Shown: positions 45,399 to 54,817, numbered from the stretch's first letter. The stretch is DNA of 64,000 nucleotides from Candidatus Adlerbacteria bacterium (GCA_029288895.1 JARIGK010000001.1:1446-65445); one strand, 5' to 3'. Program-made: numbers and translations. The notes: generated from the sequence alone by a model not told the origin.

Positions 45399-47708
45399 AT
45401 GTCGTATACACGCCTGTTGCGCTCGAGCCTGCTTGTGGGCCTTGCTGCGGTCTTTTTTATACCGTTTGTTATTGCCGATGGTGGCTCGGGTTTTTCGAAC
45501 TCTGGTCTCTCCAACCTCTACATCCCGTTCTTCGGGATGTTCTTCCCATTTATTACAGGTAAGAACTTCGTCTTCCGTATCATCGTCGAAATAGTGTGTG
45601 CGCTCTACGTGTTGCTTGCCTTGCGCGAGCCGAAGTACCGCCCACGCGCATCGCACGTGATGTGGGTGCTTGGCGCGTTCGTATTGTGGATCGGCGTCTC
45701 GACTATCTTCAGTGTGGACCCGGTCAAAAGCTTCTGGAGCAACCTTGAGCGTATGGAAGGGTATGTCACGATGCTGCATCTCTTTGTGTACTTCACTATT
45801 GTTGGTGCTGTTGTCGCAGCAGAAGAGTGGTGGGACAAATTGTTTAAAGTTTCTATCGCATCGTCGGTGTTGATGGGCTTGTATGCAGTGCTCCAACTTT
45901 CGCACATCTTTCCGATTAGCAGCCAGAGCGGTACCCGCGTGGACGGTACCTTCGGCAATGCGATCTACTTGGCAGTGTTTATGCTCTGCAACTTGTTCCT
46001 GACATTGTTTATGTTGGTGCGCCGCCGCCACACTCCGACAAACCAGGCGCTCTATGGCGTAGCGCTCGTACTCCAGTTTGCTGGACTCTTCTTTACTGAA
46101 ACCCGCGGTGCGTTGCTTGGCTTTATCGGCGGCCTTATCATCGCCGCGCTCTATATTGTATGGAAAGGCCGTTCGGCCGAGGTGCGCCCGCTGCGCCGCA
46201 TCGCGATGTGGGGGCTCGGCATTCTCGCAATCCTTATTGTTGCCTTTGTTGCGCTACGCTCGACACCATTTCTCCAGCACAGCAGCACATTAGGCCGCCT
46301 CGCATCTATCTCGCTTAACGACACCACAACTCGTGCACGCCTCTTCTATATATGGCCAATTGCGCTGAAGGGTGCGACAGAAAGTCCGCGCGCAATGATC
46401 GTGGGCCACGGCGAAGAAAACTTTAACTTCGTCTTCAACAAATACTATGTACCGCAGATGTACAACCAAGAGCAGTGGTTTGACCGCGCACACAACCAAT
46501 TCCTCGACTGGTTGATTGCGGGCGGCATCCCAGCCTTCCTTCTCTACGTTGCGCTGTTTGGTGTCATGGTGTGGATCATCATGGGCTCAGCTCTGAGCGT
46601 GCCAGAACAGGCGATACTGCTTGGCCTCCTTGGTGCGTATGCATTCAACAACCTCACAGTGTTCGACGACATCATGAGCTCGATCTACTTCATGCTCGTG
46701 CTCGCGTTTGTACACTCGCTTACCAAAAAGAATCCGCCGCGCTGGATGTTTATGACGCGCCCAGCAAACGATCAGGCACTTGCTATTGCTGCACCGATTG
46801 TTGCTATCGCAGCCGTGTTTGTAATTTGGGTGACGAATGCGCCAGCTATGGCCCGTGCAGAAAATCTCCTCACGGCGCTCACAACGCAGGTGGCGATACC
46901 AAACGGCCAAGGTGGCTTCACGGCACAGCAAAAAGATGCAAAGACGATTTTGGCAAATTACCAAACAGCACTTGGCGCTGGCGTATGGCCAGGTACCGAG
47001 CTTGGACGCCAAGAGGTGACAGAGCAGTTGCTGCAGTATGCGTCGGGCTTGGCATCGTCTAACTCAGTCGACCCGGCAGTCAAACAAGATACGGCAAGCG
47101 CAGCGCAGAATGCTATTACATCGCTGATGCAGCAGCGTCCGCATGACGCACGCCTCGAACTCTTCAACGGTGCATTTCTGGATAGCTTTGGCCAGTATCC
47201 GCAGGCAATAGAAATCTTGAAGCAGGCGCTCGCCGACTCGCCAAACAAACAGCAGATTATGTTTGAAATGGGCGTGTCGTACTTGAATGCAGGGCAGAAT
47301 GCACAGGCGTTGCCAATATTGAAAGCAGCGTTCGATGAAGAGCCAGACTTTGCTGATGCACGCATTCTCTATGCGTCGGGCCTCTACTATACGGGGGACA
47401 AAGCAGATGCAGATGCGTTGCTCACGGCGGGCTTTGGTTCGGTACTCGTTGATGACTCGCGCTTAATGCAGGTCTACGTTAACACGAAGCAGTACGACCG
47501 CGTCGTCGGTATCTGGAAGCTTCGCGTGCAGAAAGACCCGGGCAACGTGCAGTATGTGTTGGGGCTTGCGGCTGCATATTTCACCGCGGGTGACAAAACA
47601 AATGCTATCGCACAGCTTGAGCGTGCAGCACAGCTCGACCCTGCATTGAACTCACAGATTCAAGCCGTCATTACGCAAATCAAAAACGGCACCCTCAAAA
47701 CTCAGTAA
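45399..47708 (+). CDS. O-antigen ligase-like polytopic membrane protein with C-terminal TPR region
   Basis: GTFGNAIYLA, TETRGA, GHGEENF, DRAHNQFLD (Wzy_C motif); TPR-like helices at the C-terminus. Confidence 0.9.
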   Translation: MSYTRLLRSSLLVGLAAVFFIPFVIADGGSGFSNSGLSNLYIPFFGMFFPFITGKNFVFRIIVEIVCALYVLLALREPKYRPRASHVMWVLGAFVLWIGVSTIFSVDPVKSFWSNLERMEGYVTMLHLFVYFTIVGAVVAAEEWWDKLFKVSIASSVLMGLYAVLQLSHIFPISSQSGTRVDGTFGNAIYLAVFMLCNLFLTLFMLVRRRHTPTNQALYGVALVLQFAGLFFTETRGALLGFIGGLIIAALYIVWKGRSAEVRPLRRIAMWGLGILAILIVAFVALRSTPFLQHSSTLGRLASISLNDTTTRARLFYIWPIALKGATESPRAMIVGHGEENFNFVFNKYYVPQMYNQEQWFDRAHNQFLDWLIAGGIPAFLLYVALFGVMVWIIMGSALSVPEQAILLGLLGAYAFNNLTVFDDIMSSIYFMLVLAFVHSLTKKNPPRWMFMTRPANDQALAIAAPIVAIAAVFVIWVTNAPAMARAENLLTALTTQVAIPNGQGGFTAQQKDAKTILANYQTALGAGVWPGTELGRQEVTEQLLQYASGLASSNSVDPAVKQDTASAAQNAITSLMQQRPHDARLELFNGAFLDSFGQYPQAIEILKQALADSPNKQQIMFEMGVSYLNAGQNAQALPILKAAFDEEPDFADARILYASGLYYTGDKADADALLTAGFGSVLVDDSRLMQVYVNTKQYDRVVGIWKLRVQKDPGNVQYVLGLAAAYFTAGDKTNAIAQLERAAQLDPALNSQIQAVITQIKNGTLKTQ

Positions 47709-47717
47709 TATAGGAGG

Positions 47718-48728
47718 ATGAAGGTAGAAGAAAATATCGCGTTGGCTCCGTATACGACATTTCGTATAGGCGGGCCGGCGCGATTTTTCGCTGTCGCAAA
47801 ATCAATCGACGATATACGCGAAGCCGTTCGTTTTGCGAACGAACACTCGTGCGCCGTTTTTATTCTTGGTGGCGGCTCAAACGTACTTGTTGATGATGCA
47901 GGGTTCGATGGGCTTGTACTTAAAGTCGAGCTTCAGGGCGTGGATGTAGACAAGAACGAAAAAGAAGTTCGTATAACAGCGTCGGCGGGTGAGGTGTGGG
48001 ACGAAGTTGTTGCACGTGCAGTCGGGGAAGATGCGTGGGGCATTGAAAATCTTTCGGGTGTGCCGGGCACTGTGGGAGGCGCGGTGGTGCAAAACATTGG
48101 CGCCTATGGCGCAGCGCTTTCGCAAACCCTTACAAGCGTAGAGGTATTTGATACGCGTACGAATGATGTAAAAACACGTTCTGTTGGTGAATGTAAGTTC
48201 GGATATCGTGGAAGTATCTTTAAAGAAGAAGAGGGGAGATATGTGGTGCTTACTGCAACATTCGTACTTTCAAAGAACCCTGCGCCTAATATCTCGTACA
48301 AAGATTTGAAGGCCCGCTTCGGGGATTCGAGCATGGATATACGAGCCATTCGCGATGCGGTGTTGGCGATACGTGCTGCGAAATTCCCTGATTTGCATGT
48401 TGAAGGCACGGCCGGTTCGTTCTTTAAAAACCCTATTATGTCGCGTGCTGATGCGGATGCACTTAAAGCCACGTACCCTGATATGCCGTTATTTGATATG
48501 CCAGAAACGGATGGCGTAAAAGTGCCGCTTGCATGGCTTCTTGATAATGCATTGCATATGAAAGGTGCAACGGTTGGCGGCGCACGTTTGTTTGAAAACC
48601 AAGTGCTCGTGATCGCAGCAAAGAGAAATACGCACGCGCGTGATGTGAAAGAACTTGCATCGAATGTGCAGAAAAAAGTTTTTGAAGAATTAAAAATTGA
48701 AATAGAACCAGAAGTAAAAATTTTATAA
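47718..48728 (+). CDS. murB: UDP-N-acetylenolpyruvoylglucosamine reductase
   Basis: TTFRIGGPA, LGGGSN, PGTVGGAVVQNIGAYG, AGSFFKNP, IEPEV. Confidence 0.96.
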   Translation: MKVEENIALAPYTTFRIGGPARFFAVAKSIDDIREAVRFANEHSCAVFILGGGSNVLVDDAGFDGLVLKVELQGVDVDKNEKEVRITASAGEVWDEVVARAVGEDAWGIENLSGVPGTVGGAVVQNIGAYGAALSQTLTSVEVFDTRTNDVKTRSVGECKFGYRGSIFKEEEGRYVVLTATFVLSKNPAPNISYKDLKARFGDSSMDIRAIRDAVLAIRAAKFPDLHVEGTAGSFFKNPIMSRADADALKATYPDMPLFDMPETDGVKVPLAWLLDNALHMKGATVGGARLFENQVLVIAAKRNTHARDVKELASNVQKKVFEELKIEIEPEVKIL

Positions 48729-48747
48729 AAACTTTTTTAGAAAAAAG

Positions 48748-48803
48748 TTATCCACAGAAAAAAAATAATTTTCATTGTATCTACAATTTATTTTCGTGAT
48801 ACT
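48748..48803 (+). promoter_or_regulatory. perfect DnaA box followed by a sigma70-like promoter
   Basis: TTATCCACA at 48748-48756; TTGTAT (48775-48780)-17 nt-GATACT (48798-48803). Confidence 0.55.
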
Positions 48804-48905
48804 TACAACAGAGCATCGAGATTGCTCTTGAAATTTCCGCGGAGGTTTCTTGAAGCAAGGTCGGTCGATGTCCAAAACAATTTGCGACGAAAGTTGCACA
48901 CAATT

Positions 48906-48947
48906 ATGGCAAAGAAGAAGAAAGCAGCAAAGAAGAAGCGCCGCTAA
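48906..48947 (+). CDS. 13-aa Lys/Arg-rich peptide MAKKKKAAKKKRR
   Basis: ATG GCA AAG AAG AAG AAA GCA GCA AAG AAG AAG CGC CGC TAA, lying between a promoter and a terminator; below the ORF-track cutoff. Confidence 0.6.
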   Translation: MAKKKKAAKKKRR

Positions 48948-48988
48948 CCGCGTTTCTCTCCTGCAGTTCTATGCAGGACATCCTCTCG

Positions 48989-49027
48989 AAAGAAAAGTCT
49001 CCCGCCCCGGCGGGGGATTTTTCTTTG
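48989..49027 (+). terminator. strong intrinsic terminator upstream of secA
   Basis: AGAAAAGTCTCCCGCC-cc-GGCGGGGGATTTTTCT stem with T tract. Confidence 0.8.
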
Positions 49028-49073
49028 TACTGCGCCTGCGTAAATGGGTCATTTGTGGTAGTCTGGTTTAATC

Positions 49074-51539
49074 ATGATTTCCCTGAAATCTCTCTTTGGC
49101 GGAGGCTCTAACCGGGTGGTGAAAGACACGGCGAGGGCGGTGGCACGTATCAATGCCTTGGAGCCAGAATTCCAAGCGCTGTCAGACGAGGGGCTTACGG
49201 CAAAAACCGCTGAATTCCGGGTACGCTTGGGACAGGGGGCAACATTGGATGAGCTTTTGCCTGAGGCGTTTGCTGCTGTACGGGAAAGCGCCCGCCGTAC
49301 TCTTAAATTGCGCCCTTTTGACGTACAGCTTATTGGCGGCATCGTGATGCATAACCGCGGCATTGCCGAGATGCGCACGGGCGAAGGCAAGACACTTGTC
49401 GCAACATTACCAACCTACTTGAATGCCCTCGCAGGAAAAGGCGTGCACGTGGTTACCGTCAACGACTACTTGGCCCGCCGCGACGCAGTATGGATGGGGC
49501 AGGTATATGCAGCGCTTGGATTGACGGTGGGCGTCATCAACCACGACGCGTCATTTATATATGACGAGACCCACAAAGAGAACGATGCCATCCGCGACGA
49601 AGAAGCGAGCTTCCATGTCTTCCATGAATTTTTGCGCCCGTGCACACGCGCGCAGGCGTACGAAGCCGACATTACCTACGGCACCAACAGCGAATACGGC
49701 TTTGACTATTTGCGCGACAACATTGCGTACAACTCAAATGAGTTGCGCCAACGCGGCCACTACTTTGCTGTGGTCGACGAAATCGACTCTATATTGATCG
49801 ACGAAGCGCGCACGCCGCTTATTATTTCGGCGCCTGCCGCAGAGTCGGAAGACTTGTACCGCACCTTTGCTGACTTGGCCGGAAAGTTGAACCCTTCGAC
49901 CGATTACACCGTCGACGAAAAGCAGAAAGCCATCCAGATGACTGATGCGGGCATTGAGCATGCCGAAAAATTACTTGGCATCGAAAATATCTATACCGAA
50001 AAGGGCATTAAGTACGTGCATCATTTGGAAACTGCGGTGCGAGCACGTGCCTTGTTTGAGCGCGACAAGCAATATGTCGTCAAAGACGGCGAGGTTGTTA
50101 TTGTCGACGAATTTACGGGCCGTATGCAGCCGGGCCGCCGCTGGAGCGAGGGTTTGCATCAGGCAATTGAGGCAAAAGAACATGTGACGGTACAGAAAGA
50201 GTCGCGCACCTACGCGTCGATTACGTACCAAAACTATTTCCGCCTCTACGAAAAGTTGGCGGGTATGACGGGTACTGCCAAGACCTCTGCAGAAGAGTTC
50301 TACAAAGTGTATGGATTGGAGGTCGTCGATATCCCGACCAACAAACCGGTAGTACGAGAAGATCGCCACGACTTTATCTTCCAAACAGAGAACGGTAAGT
50401 TCAAAGCGCTTGCACGCAAAATAAAAGAATTGCACAAAAAAGGCCAGCCTGTCTTGGTAGGTACCGTTTCAATCGAGAAGAACGAGTTGCTGTCTGCATA
50501 CTTGAAGCAAGAAGGTATCCCGCACGAATTGTTGAACGCAAAGAACCACGAGCGCGAAGGCGAGATTGTGGCCGAGGCAGGCAAGAAGGGGAGAGTCACG
50601 GTTGCCACTAACATGGCAGGCCGCGGCGTCGACATTAAATTGGGCGGCATTGCAGCCACCAAAGAAGAGGCCGATGAGATACGCGCGATGGGCGGGCTCT
50701 TTGTGCTTGGCACTGAACGCCACGAGGCACGCCGCATCGACAACCAATTGCGCGGCCGCTCGGGCCGCCAAGGCGACCCAGGCGAGACGCAGTTTTTCGT
50801 ATCGCTTGAGGACAGCTTGATGCGCATTTTTGCCTCCGATTCTATTAAAGGGTTAATGGGGCGCTTTGGTATTGCAGAAGACGAGCCGATTACTAATTCG
50901 CTCGTGTCGCGCGCACTTGAAAGTGCACAGACAAAGATCGAGGGTTTTAACTTCGATGCCCGCAAGCACGTGCTTGAGTTCGACAATGTGCTGGACCGCC
51001 AGCGCAAAGCCGTGTACGACCGCCGCCGCAAAGTACTTATTGGTACGCTCGACGATGTTGAAGATGTATTGAAAGAGCTTGCAGGCGAAAGTGAGGCGGC
51101 GCTTGAAGTACTCAAGAAAAAAGAAATTGAGCTTGGCCGCGAGGTGATGCTTGGCGCTGCACGCATGATGGTGCTTCAGACACTCGACATGCTCTGGGTC
51201 GAGCATTTGGAATCAATGGAATATTTGCGCGGCAGCGTCAACTTGCGTGCCTATGGCCAGCGCGACCCGCTCACGGAGTATCGCAAAGAAGGCACGCGCA
51301 TCTACAAAGACATGGAGTACATGTTGGCAGCGCGCGTTTTTGAGATGCTCGAGAATCTCACTAAAGAATCGATGCAGCCAGCGCCTGTGCCTGTGATTAC
51401 CTTGGAAGTCCCGCCCGGCGGGGAAGAGGTGGGCCGCAACGATAAAGTGACTATCACCAACGGTACCGAAACTCAGGAACTAAAATATAAAAAAGCAGAA
51501 CCGCTCTTGAAGCAGGGCTGGCGTATTGTCGAAAAATAG
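49074..51539 (+). CDS. secA: preprotein translocase ATPase SecA
   Basis: EMRTGEGKT, HVVTVNDYLA, VDEIDSILIDEARTPLIIS, ATNMAGRG, RIDNQLRGRSGRQGDPG. Confidence 0.98.
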   Translation: MISLKSLFGGGSNRVVKDTARAVARINALEPEFQALSDEGLTAKTAEFRVRLGQGATLDELLPEAFAAVRESARRTLKLRPFDVQLIGGIVMHNRGIAEMRTGEGKTLVATLPTYLNALAGKGVHVVTVNDYLARRDAVWMGQVYAALGLTVGVINHDASFIYDETHKENDAIRDEEASFHVFHEFLRPCTRAQAYEADITYGTNSEYGFDYLRDNIAYNSNELRQRGHYFAVVDEIDSILIDEARTPLIISAPAAESEDLYRTFADLAGKLNPSTDYTVDEKQKAIQMTDAGIEHAEKLLGIENIYTEKGIKYVHHLETAVRARALFERDKQYVVKDGEVVIVDEFTGRMQPGRRWSEGLHQAIEAKEHVTVQKESRTYASITYQNYFRLYEKLAGMTGTAKTSAEEFYKVYGLEVVDIPTNKPVVREDRHDFIFQTENGKFKALARKIKELHKKGQPVLVGTVSIEKNELLSAYLKQEGIPHELLNAKNHEREGEIVAEAGKKGRVTVATNMAGRGVDIKLGGIAATKEEADEIRAMGGLFVLGTERHEARRIDNQLRGRSGRQGDPGETQFFVSLEDSLMRIFASDSIKGLMGRFGIAEDEPITNSLVSRALESAQTKIEGFNFDARKHVLEFDNVLDRQRKAVYDRRRKVLIGTLDDVEDVLKELAGESEAALEVLKKKEIELGREVMLGAARMMVLQTLDMLWVEHLESMEYLRGSVNLRAYGQRDPLTEYRKEGTRIYKDMEYMLAARVFEMLENLTKESMQPAPVPVITLEVPPGGEEVGRNDKVTITNGTETQELKYKKAEPLLKQGWRIVEK

Positions 51540-51577
51540 TCGGTATACTAAAGCTCTATAAGTCTAGTTTTTATAGT

Positions 51578-51961
51578 ATGAACATGATGCGTAGTCGTGC
51601 GTATGAGATGGGTGCTACTTGGATAGCGCGCATATTTTTAGCAGCACAATTTGGTGTTGCGGCATATTTTAAAATAATCGGCTTTTCGGGCGAGGCAGCA
51701 ATGACCGCCTCTGTGGGCGTACCATTTGCCACAGTCGCCGTGGGCGCTGCGCTCGTGCTTGAAATTGTTGGCGTTATCGCACTTCTTTCGGGCGTTATGA
51801 TCCGCCAGGTGTCGCTCGTGCTTGCGCTCTATGTCGCGCTCTTGGCCGTACTTTTCTACCACAACTGGGCAGACCAGATGAGCTTCGGTTTCTTCATGAG
51901 CCACCTTGGCCTTGTCGCCGCACTGCTCTATGTTTCTGTCTTTGGCGCGCACAAGCACTAA
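51578..51961 (+). CDS. DoxX family membrane protein
   Basis: IARIFLAAQF...KIIGF...LEIVG, four TM helices. Confidence 0.8.
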   Translation: MNMMRSRAYEMGATWIARIFLAAQFGVAAYFKIIGFSGEAAMTASVGVPFATVAVGAALVLEIVGVIALLSGVMIRQVSLVLALYVALLAVLFYHNWADQMSFGFFMSHLGLVAALLYVSVFGAHKH

Positions 51962-51971
51962 GCTCGACAGT

Positions 51972-52000
51972 TTGCCAAAATTCTAAAAATAACGTATAGT
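51972..52000 (+). promoter_or_regulatory. sigma70-type promoter
   Basis: TTGCCA-17 nt-TATAGT upstream of the alpha-CTD gene. Confidence 0.6.
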
Positions 52001-52025
52001 ATTTTTGGAATTGGGAGATTGAAGA

Positions 52026-52412
52026 ATGACTATTCCATTCGACCGGCACACGCCGGGCTGTAAGCCCACCTCACCTTGCCGGAACTGCGAGTTTTGGAAA
52101 CTGCTCAAAGAGGCGGTCAAAGAAAATCACGACTACGACAAATTAGTCGCATTGGCCCACGGGAACGAGTACGACTCTCAACTTCGAGAGAAACTCGAAC
52201 TTTCGATCCATGACTCAGGGTTTGGATTGCTGGGAGCTACCCGCAAGCTTTTGGAAGGCCAAGGTATTTCTCGTTTGCGAGATTTGGTTCCAAAGGAGGA
52301 ATCTGAACTTCTTCGGATTCCAAACCTTGGGAAGAAAAAGCTCATAGACATCAAGGATCGTTTGATGGCTCAAGGGTTGCATTTGGGCATGGATATCAGT
52401 CGCGCGGCTTAA
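52026..52412 (+). CDS. stand-alone RNA polymerase alpha-CTD domain protein with N-terminal His/Cys motif
   Basis: DLV...ELLRIPNLGKKKLIDIKDRLMAQGLHLGM resembles RpoA CTD ([29 protein letters not shown]); N-terminal H-x3-C-x5-C-x2-C. Confidence 0.85.
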   Translation: MTIPFDRHTPGCKPTSPCRNCEFWKLLKEAVKENHDYDKLVALAHGNEYDSQLREKLELSIHDSGFGLLGATRKLLEGQGISRLRDLVPKEESELLRIPNLGKKKLIDIKDRLMAQGLHLGMDISRAA

Positions 52413-52433
52413 TAGGCCGCGCTTTTTTCTTTT
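52402..52433 (+). terminator. intrinsic terminator
   Basis: GCGCGGC-ttaatag-GCCGCGC (stop codon in the loop) followed by T tract. Confidence 0.75.
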
Positions 52434-52448
52434 GGTACACTCATGTAT

Positions 52449-52868
52449 ATGAGAGACACTGCAGGTGGCATCGTTAAAGGACCGGATGGAAGGATTGTCT
52501 TGGTGAATCAAGGCAGCAATGTGTGGTCATTCCCAAAAGGAGGTATTGAGCCAGGTGAAGATATTCAGAAGGCTGCCGAGCGCGAAGTAGAAGAAGAAAC
52601 TGGTATTACACAGCTCGAATGTGTAGAGGAACTTGGGTCGTATGAGCGATACAGAATAGGGAAGGGCGGCGTGGGCGAAGACATCGCTGCTGGGCTTATG
52701 AAACGCACCATATTCTTTTTCCGCACAAATCAACATGCGCTGCATCCTAAAGATGCGCAGGAAATTATAGATGTGCGCTACGTCACGCTTGACGAAGCGT
52801 ACGAACTTTTGACGCACCCGAAGGATAAAGAGTTTTTGAAGTCAGTTTGGAGTAAAATAGAAGAGTAA
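52449..52868 (+). CDS. NUDIX hydrolase
   Basis: WSFPKGGIEPGEDIQKAAEREVEEETG. Confidence 0.92.
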   Translation: MRDTAGGIVKGPDGRIVLVNQGSNVWSFPKGGIEPGEDIQKAAEREVEEETGITQLECVEELGSYERYRIGKGGVGEDIAAGLMKRTIFFFRTNQHALHPKDAQEIIDVRYVTLDEAYELLTHPKDKEFLKSVWSKIEE

Positions 52869-53626
52869 TGCCCGACGCACTTACTTTGGCACCTGCCGCA
52901 TTCTTGGCCGGCCTTTTGATGTTCTTAGCTCCGTGCACGTTGCCGCTTGTGCCGGGCTACTTGGCATTTATCGCAGGCGTTCCTGAGACAGAGGTTGCAA
53001 AAACAGGCGCCCGCGAAGCCAAGCGTCGCGTGATGAAAAACGCATTCGCGTTCGTGCTTGGCTTCTCGTTCATATTTGTTGGGCTTGGGTTGTTTGCCGG
53101 AAGTATTGGTGCGTTACTCTTGCCGTGGCGAGATCTCGTCAGCCGTGGGGCAGGCGTGCTGCTTATTATCTTTGGGCTCACCATGCTTGGTGCGCTCAAG
53201 ATCCCATTTCTGATGAACGAGAAGCACATCAAACTTCCGCGTTTTATTACTATCGGGCGCCCTGAAAGTTCGTTCCTCATTGGTGCCTTGTTTGCGCTCG
53301 GGTGGACGCCTTGTATCGGGCCTATATTAGGAACAGTACTTTTGTTTGCATCGGCGTCTGCCACCGCGCTCCAAGGCGCACTACTTCTGTGTCTCTTTTC
53401 TCTTGGCCTAGCGCTTCCGTTTCTCGTCACCGCGTACCTCATCGGTACCGCAGGGCCTTTCTTTGCCCGCATGCAGGGTGCTGTGGCGCTGCTTTCCAAG
53501 GTTGCAGGGGGCATGCTCGTGGTATTTGGTGTCTATATGCTCGTGGGGTACATGGCGTTCTTCATGGCATGGACAGAAAACCTCTTTTCGCCCGAGATAT
53601 ATCGTTCATTGCTCAACCATCTGTGA
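52868..53626 (+). CDS. ccdA: CcdA / DsbD-beta transmembrane electron transporter
   Basis: FLAPCTLPLVPGYL and GWTPCIGPILG motifs. Confidence 0.9.
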   Translation: MPDALTLAPAAFLAGLLMFLAPCTLPLVPGYLAFIAGVPETEVAKTGAREAKRRVMKNAFAFVLGFSFIFVGLGLFAGSIGALLLPWRDLVSRGAGVLLIIFGLTMLGALKIPFLMNEKHIKLPRFITIGRPESSFLIGALFALGWTPCIGPILGTVLLFASASATALQGALLLCLFSLGLALPFLVTAYLIGTAGPFFARMQGAVALLSKVAGGMLVVFGVYMLVGYMAFFMAWTENLFSPEIYRSLLNHL

Positions 53627-53644
53627 GATAGTACGATTGCCTAT

Positions 53645-53845
53645 ATGATCAAGGCGCTCATACATACAGCCATTCTTGTTGGGGCAGTGCTTGTGCTTGC
53701 CCAGTTTGTGCCCTTTGTTGCGGCGCACGAGCAGCTGATGCTTATAGTTGCCGTTGTTATCGGCCTGGCGAGTTTTGTGCTGCGCTCGGTATTTATCTTG
53801 ATTCTGGTGGCGCTGGCAGCTGCCGCGTTTTACTTCTTCTCATAA
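53645..53845 (+). CDS. small hydrophobic membrane protein
   Basis: 66 aa, almost entirely hydrophobic, fills the gap before obgE. Confidence 0.65.
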   Translation: MIKALIHTAILVGAVLVLAQFVPFVAAHEQLMLIVAVVIGLASFVLRSVFILILVALAAAAFYFFS

Positions 53846-53848
53846 CCT

Positions 53849-54817
53849 ATGGCGTTCGTTGATGAAATGACAATAGCCGCACGCGCGGGCAACGGAGGAG
53901 ACGGCGTCGTGCGCTGGCTGCACTTAAAGGCACAAGAATTTTCTGGGCCTGCAGGCGGCAACGGTGGCAACGGTGGCGATTTCTATATCCAAGGCGTACG
54001 CGACATTAACTTGCTTGCGCGCTACCGCGGTGAGAAAAAGTTCCAAGCAGAAGATGGGCATGAGGGCCAAAATCGCCACAAAGCTGGCGCGGGCGGCAAA
54101 GACTTTACGCTCAACTTGCCTGTGGGCTCTATTGTCACCAATAAAAACACGGGCGAAGTCTTTGAACTTGTTGAAGAGAATAAACCAATCCTTGTGCTCA
54201 AAGGTGGCCGAGGCGGAGCCGGAAACATGGCATTTAAATCATCGACGAATCAAAGCCCGATGGAATCGACGCCGGGCGCACGTGGCGAAGAGGCAGAACT
54301 CCATGTCGAGCTGCGCCTCATAGCAGACGCAGGGCTTGTAGGCTTGCCCAACGCGGGCAAATCATCACTGTTGAATTCACTTACGGGCGCCTCGGCTAAA
54401 GTAGGTGCGTACGCCTTTACCACGCTCGACCCAAACTTGGGTGCTCTGTACGGATATGTGATAGCCGATATTCCTGGGTTAATCGATGGCGCATCGTCGG
54501 GGAAGGGTCTCGGTTTCCAATTTTTGCGTCACATCGCGCGGACGAAATTGCTCGTACACTGCGTGTCGCTTGAATCAGAAGACCCACTTGGCGACTACAA
54601 ACGTATCCGCAGCGAACTTGAACAATTTGAGGGCGGCATGCTCTCGGCAAAGCAAGAACTCGTTGTACTTACTAAATCTGATGCCCGCGACGCTGCCTAT
54701 ATAGAAGAAGTGCAGGCGCAGTTCAAAAAAGAGGGGAGGGAGACCCATACAGTGACTGTGCTCGACGACGAATCGGTCAAGAATTTCCGGGATACACTTA
54801 TTGCCGCATTGCGGTAA
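53849..54817 (+). CDS. obgE: Obg family GTPase (no C-terminal extension)
   Basis: FVDE...AGNGGDG Obg fold, GLPNAGKSS, YAFTTLDPNLG, DIPGLI, TKSD. Confidence 0.96.
   Translation: MAFVDEMTIAARAGNGGDGVVRWLHLKAQEFSGPAGGNGGNGGDFYIQGVRDINLLARYRGEKKFQAEDGHEGQNRHKAGAGGKDFTLNLPVGSIVTNKNTGEVFELVEENKPILVLKGGRGGAGNMAFKSSTNQSPMESTPGARGEEAELHVELRLIADAGLVGLPNAGKSSLLNSLTGASAKVGAYAFTTLDPNLGALYGYVIADIPGLIDGASSGKGLGFQFLRHIARTKLLVHCVSLESEDPLGDYKRIRSELEQFEGGMLSAKQELVVLTKSDARDAAYIEEVQAQFKKEGRETHTVTVLDDESVKNFRDTLIAALR

Noticed and set aside
48729-48810. Replication origin
   Set aside because: Only one perfect DnaA box, no box cluster, and no dnaA/dnaN nearby.
48810-49025. tmRNA, 6S, SRP or RNase P RNA
   Set aside because: No tRNA-like ends or Ala-ending tag, no long closing stem with central bubble, and no recognisable SRP or RNase P consensus; an Rfam scan would be decisive.
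48906-49073. SecM-like arrest peptide regulating secA
   Set aside because: No signal peptide, far too short, a strong terminator intervenes, and secA has its own TGnTAGTCT element.
52868-53626. Cytochrome c maturation system
   Set aside because: Only ccdA is present, with no ccm/res genes or CxxCH proteins; a general thiol-redox role is more likely.
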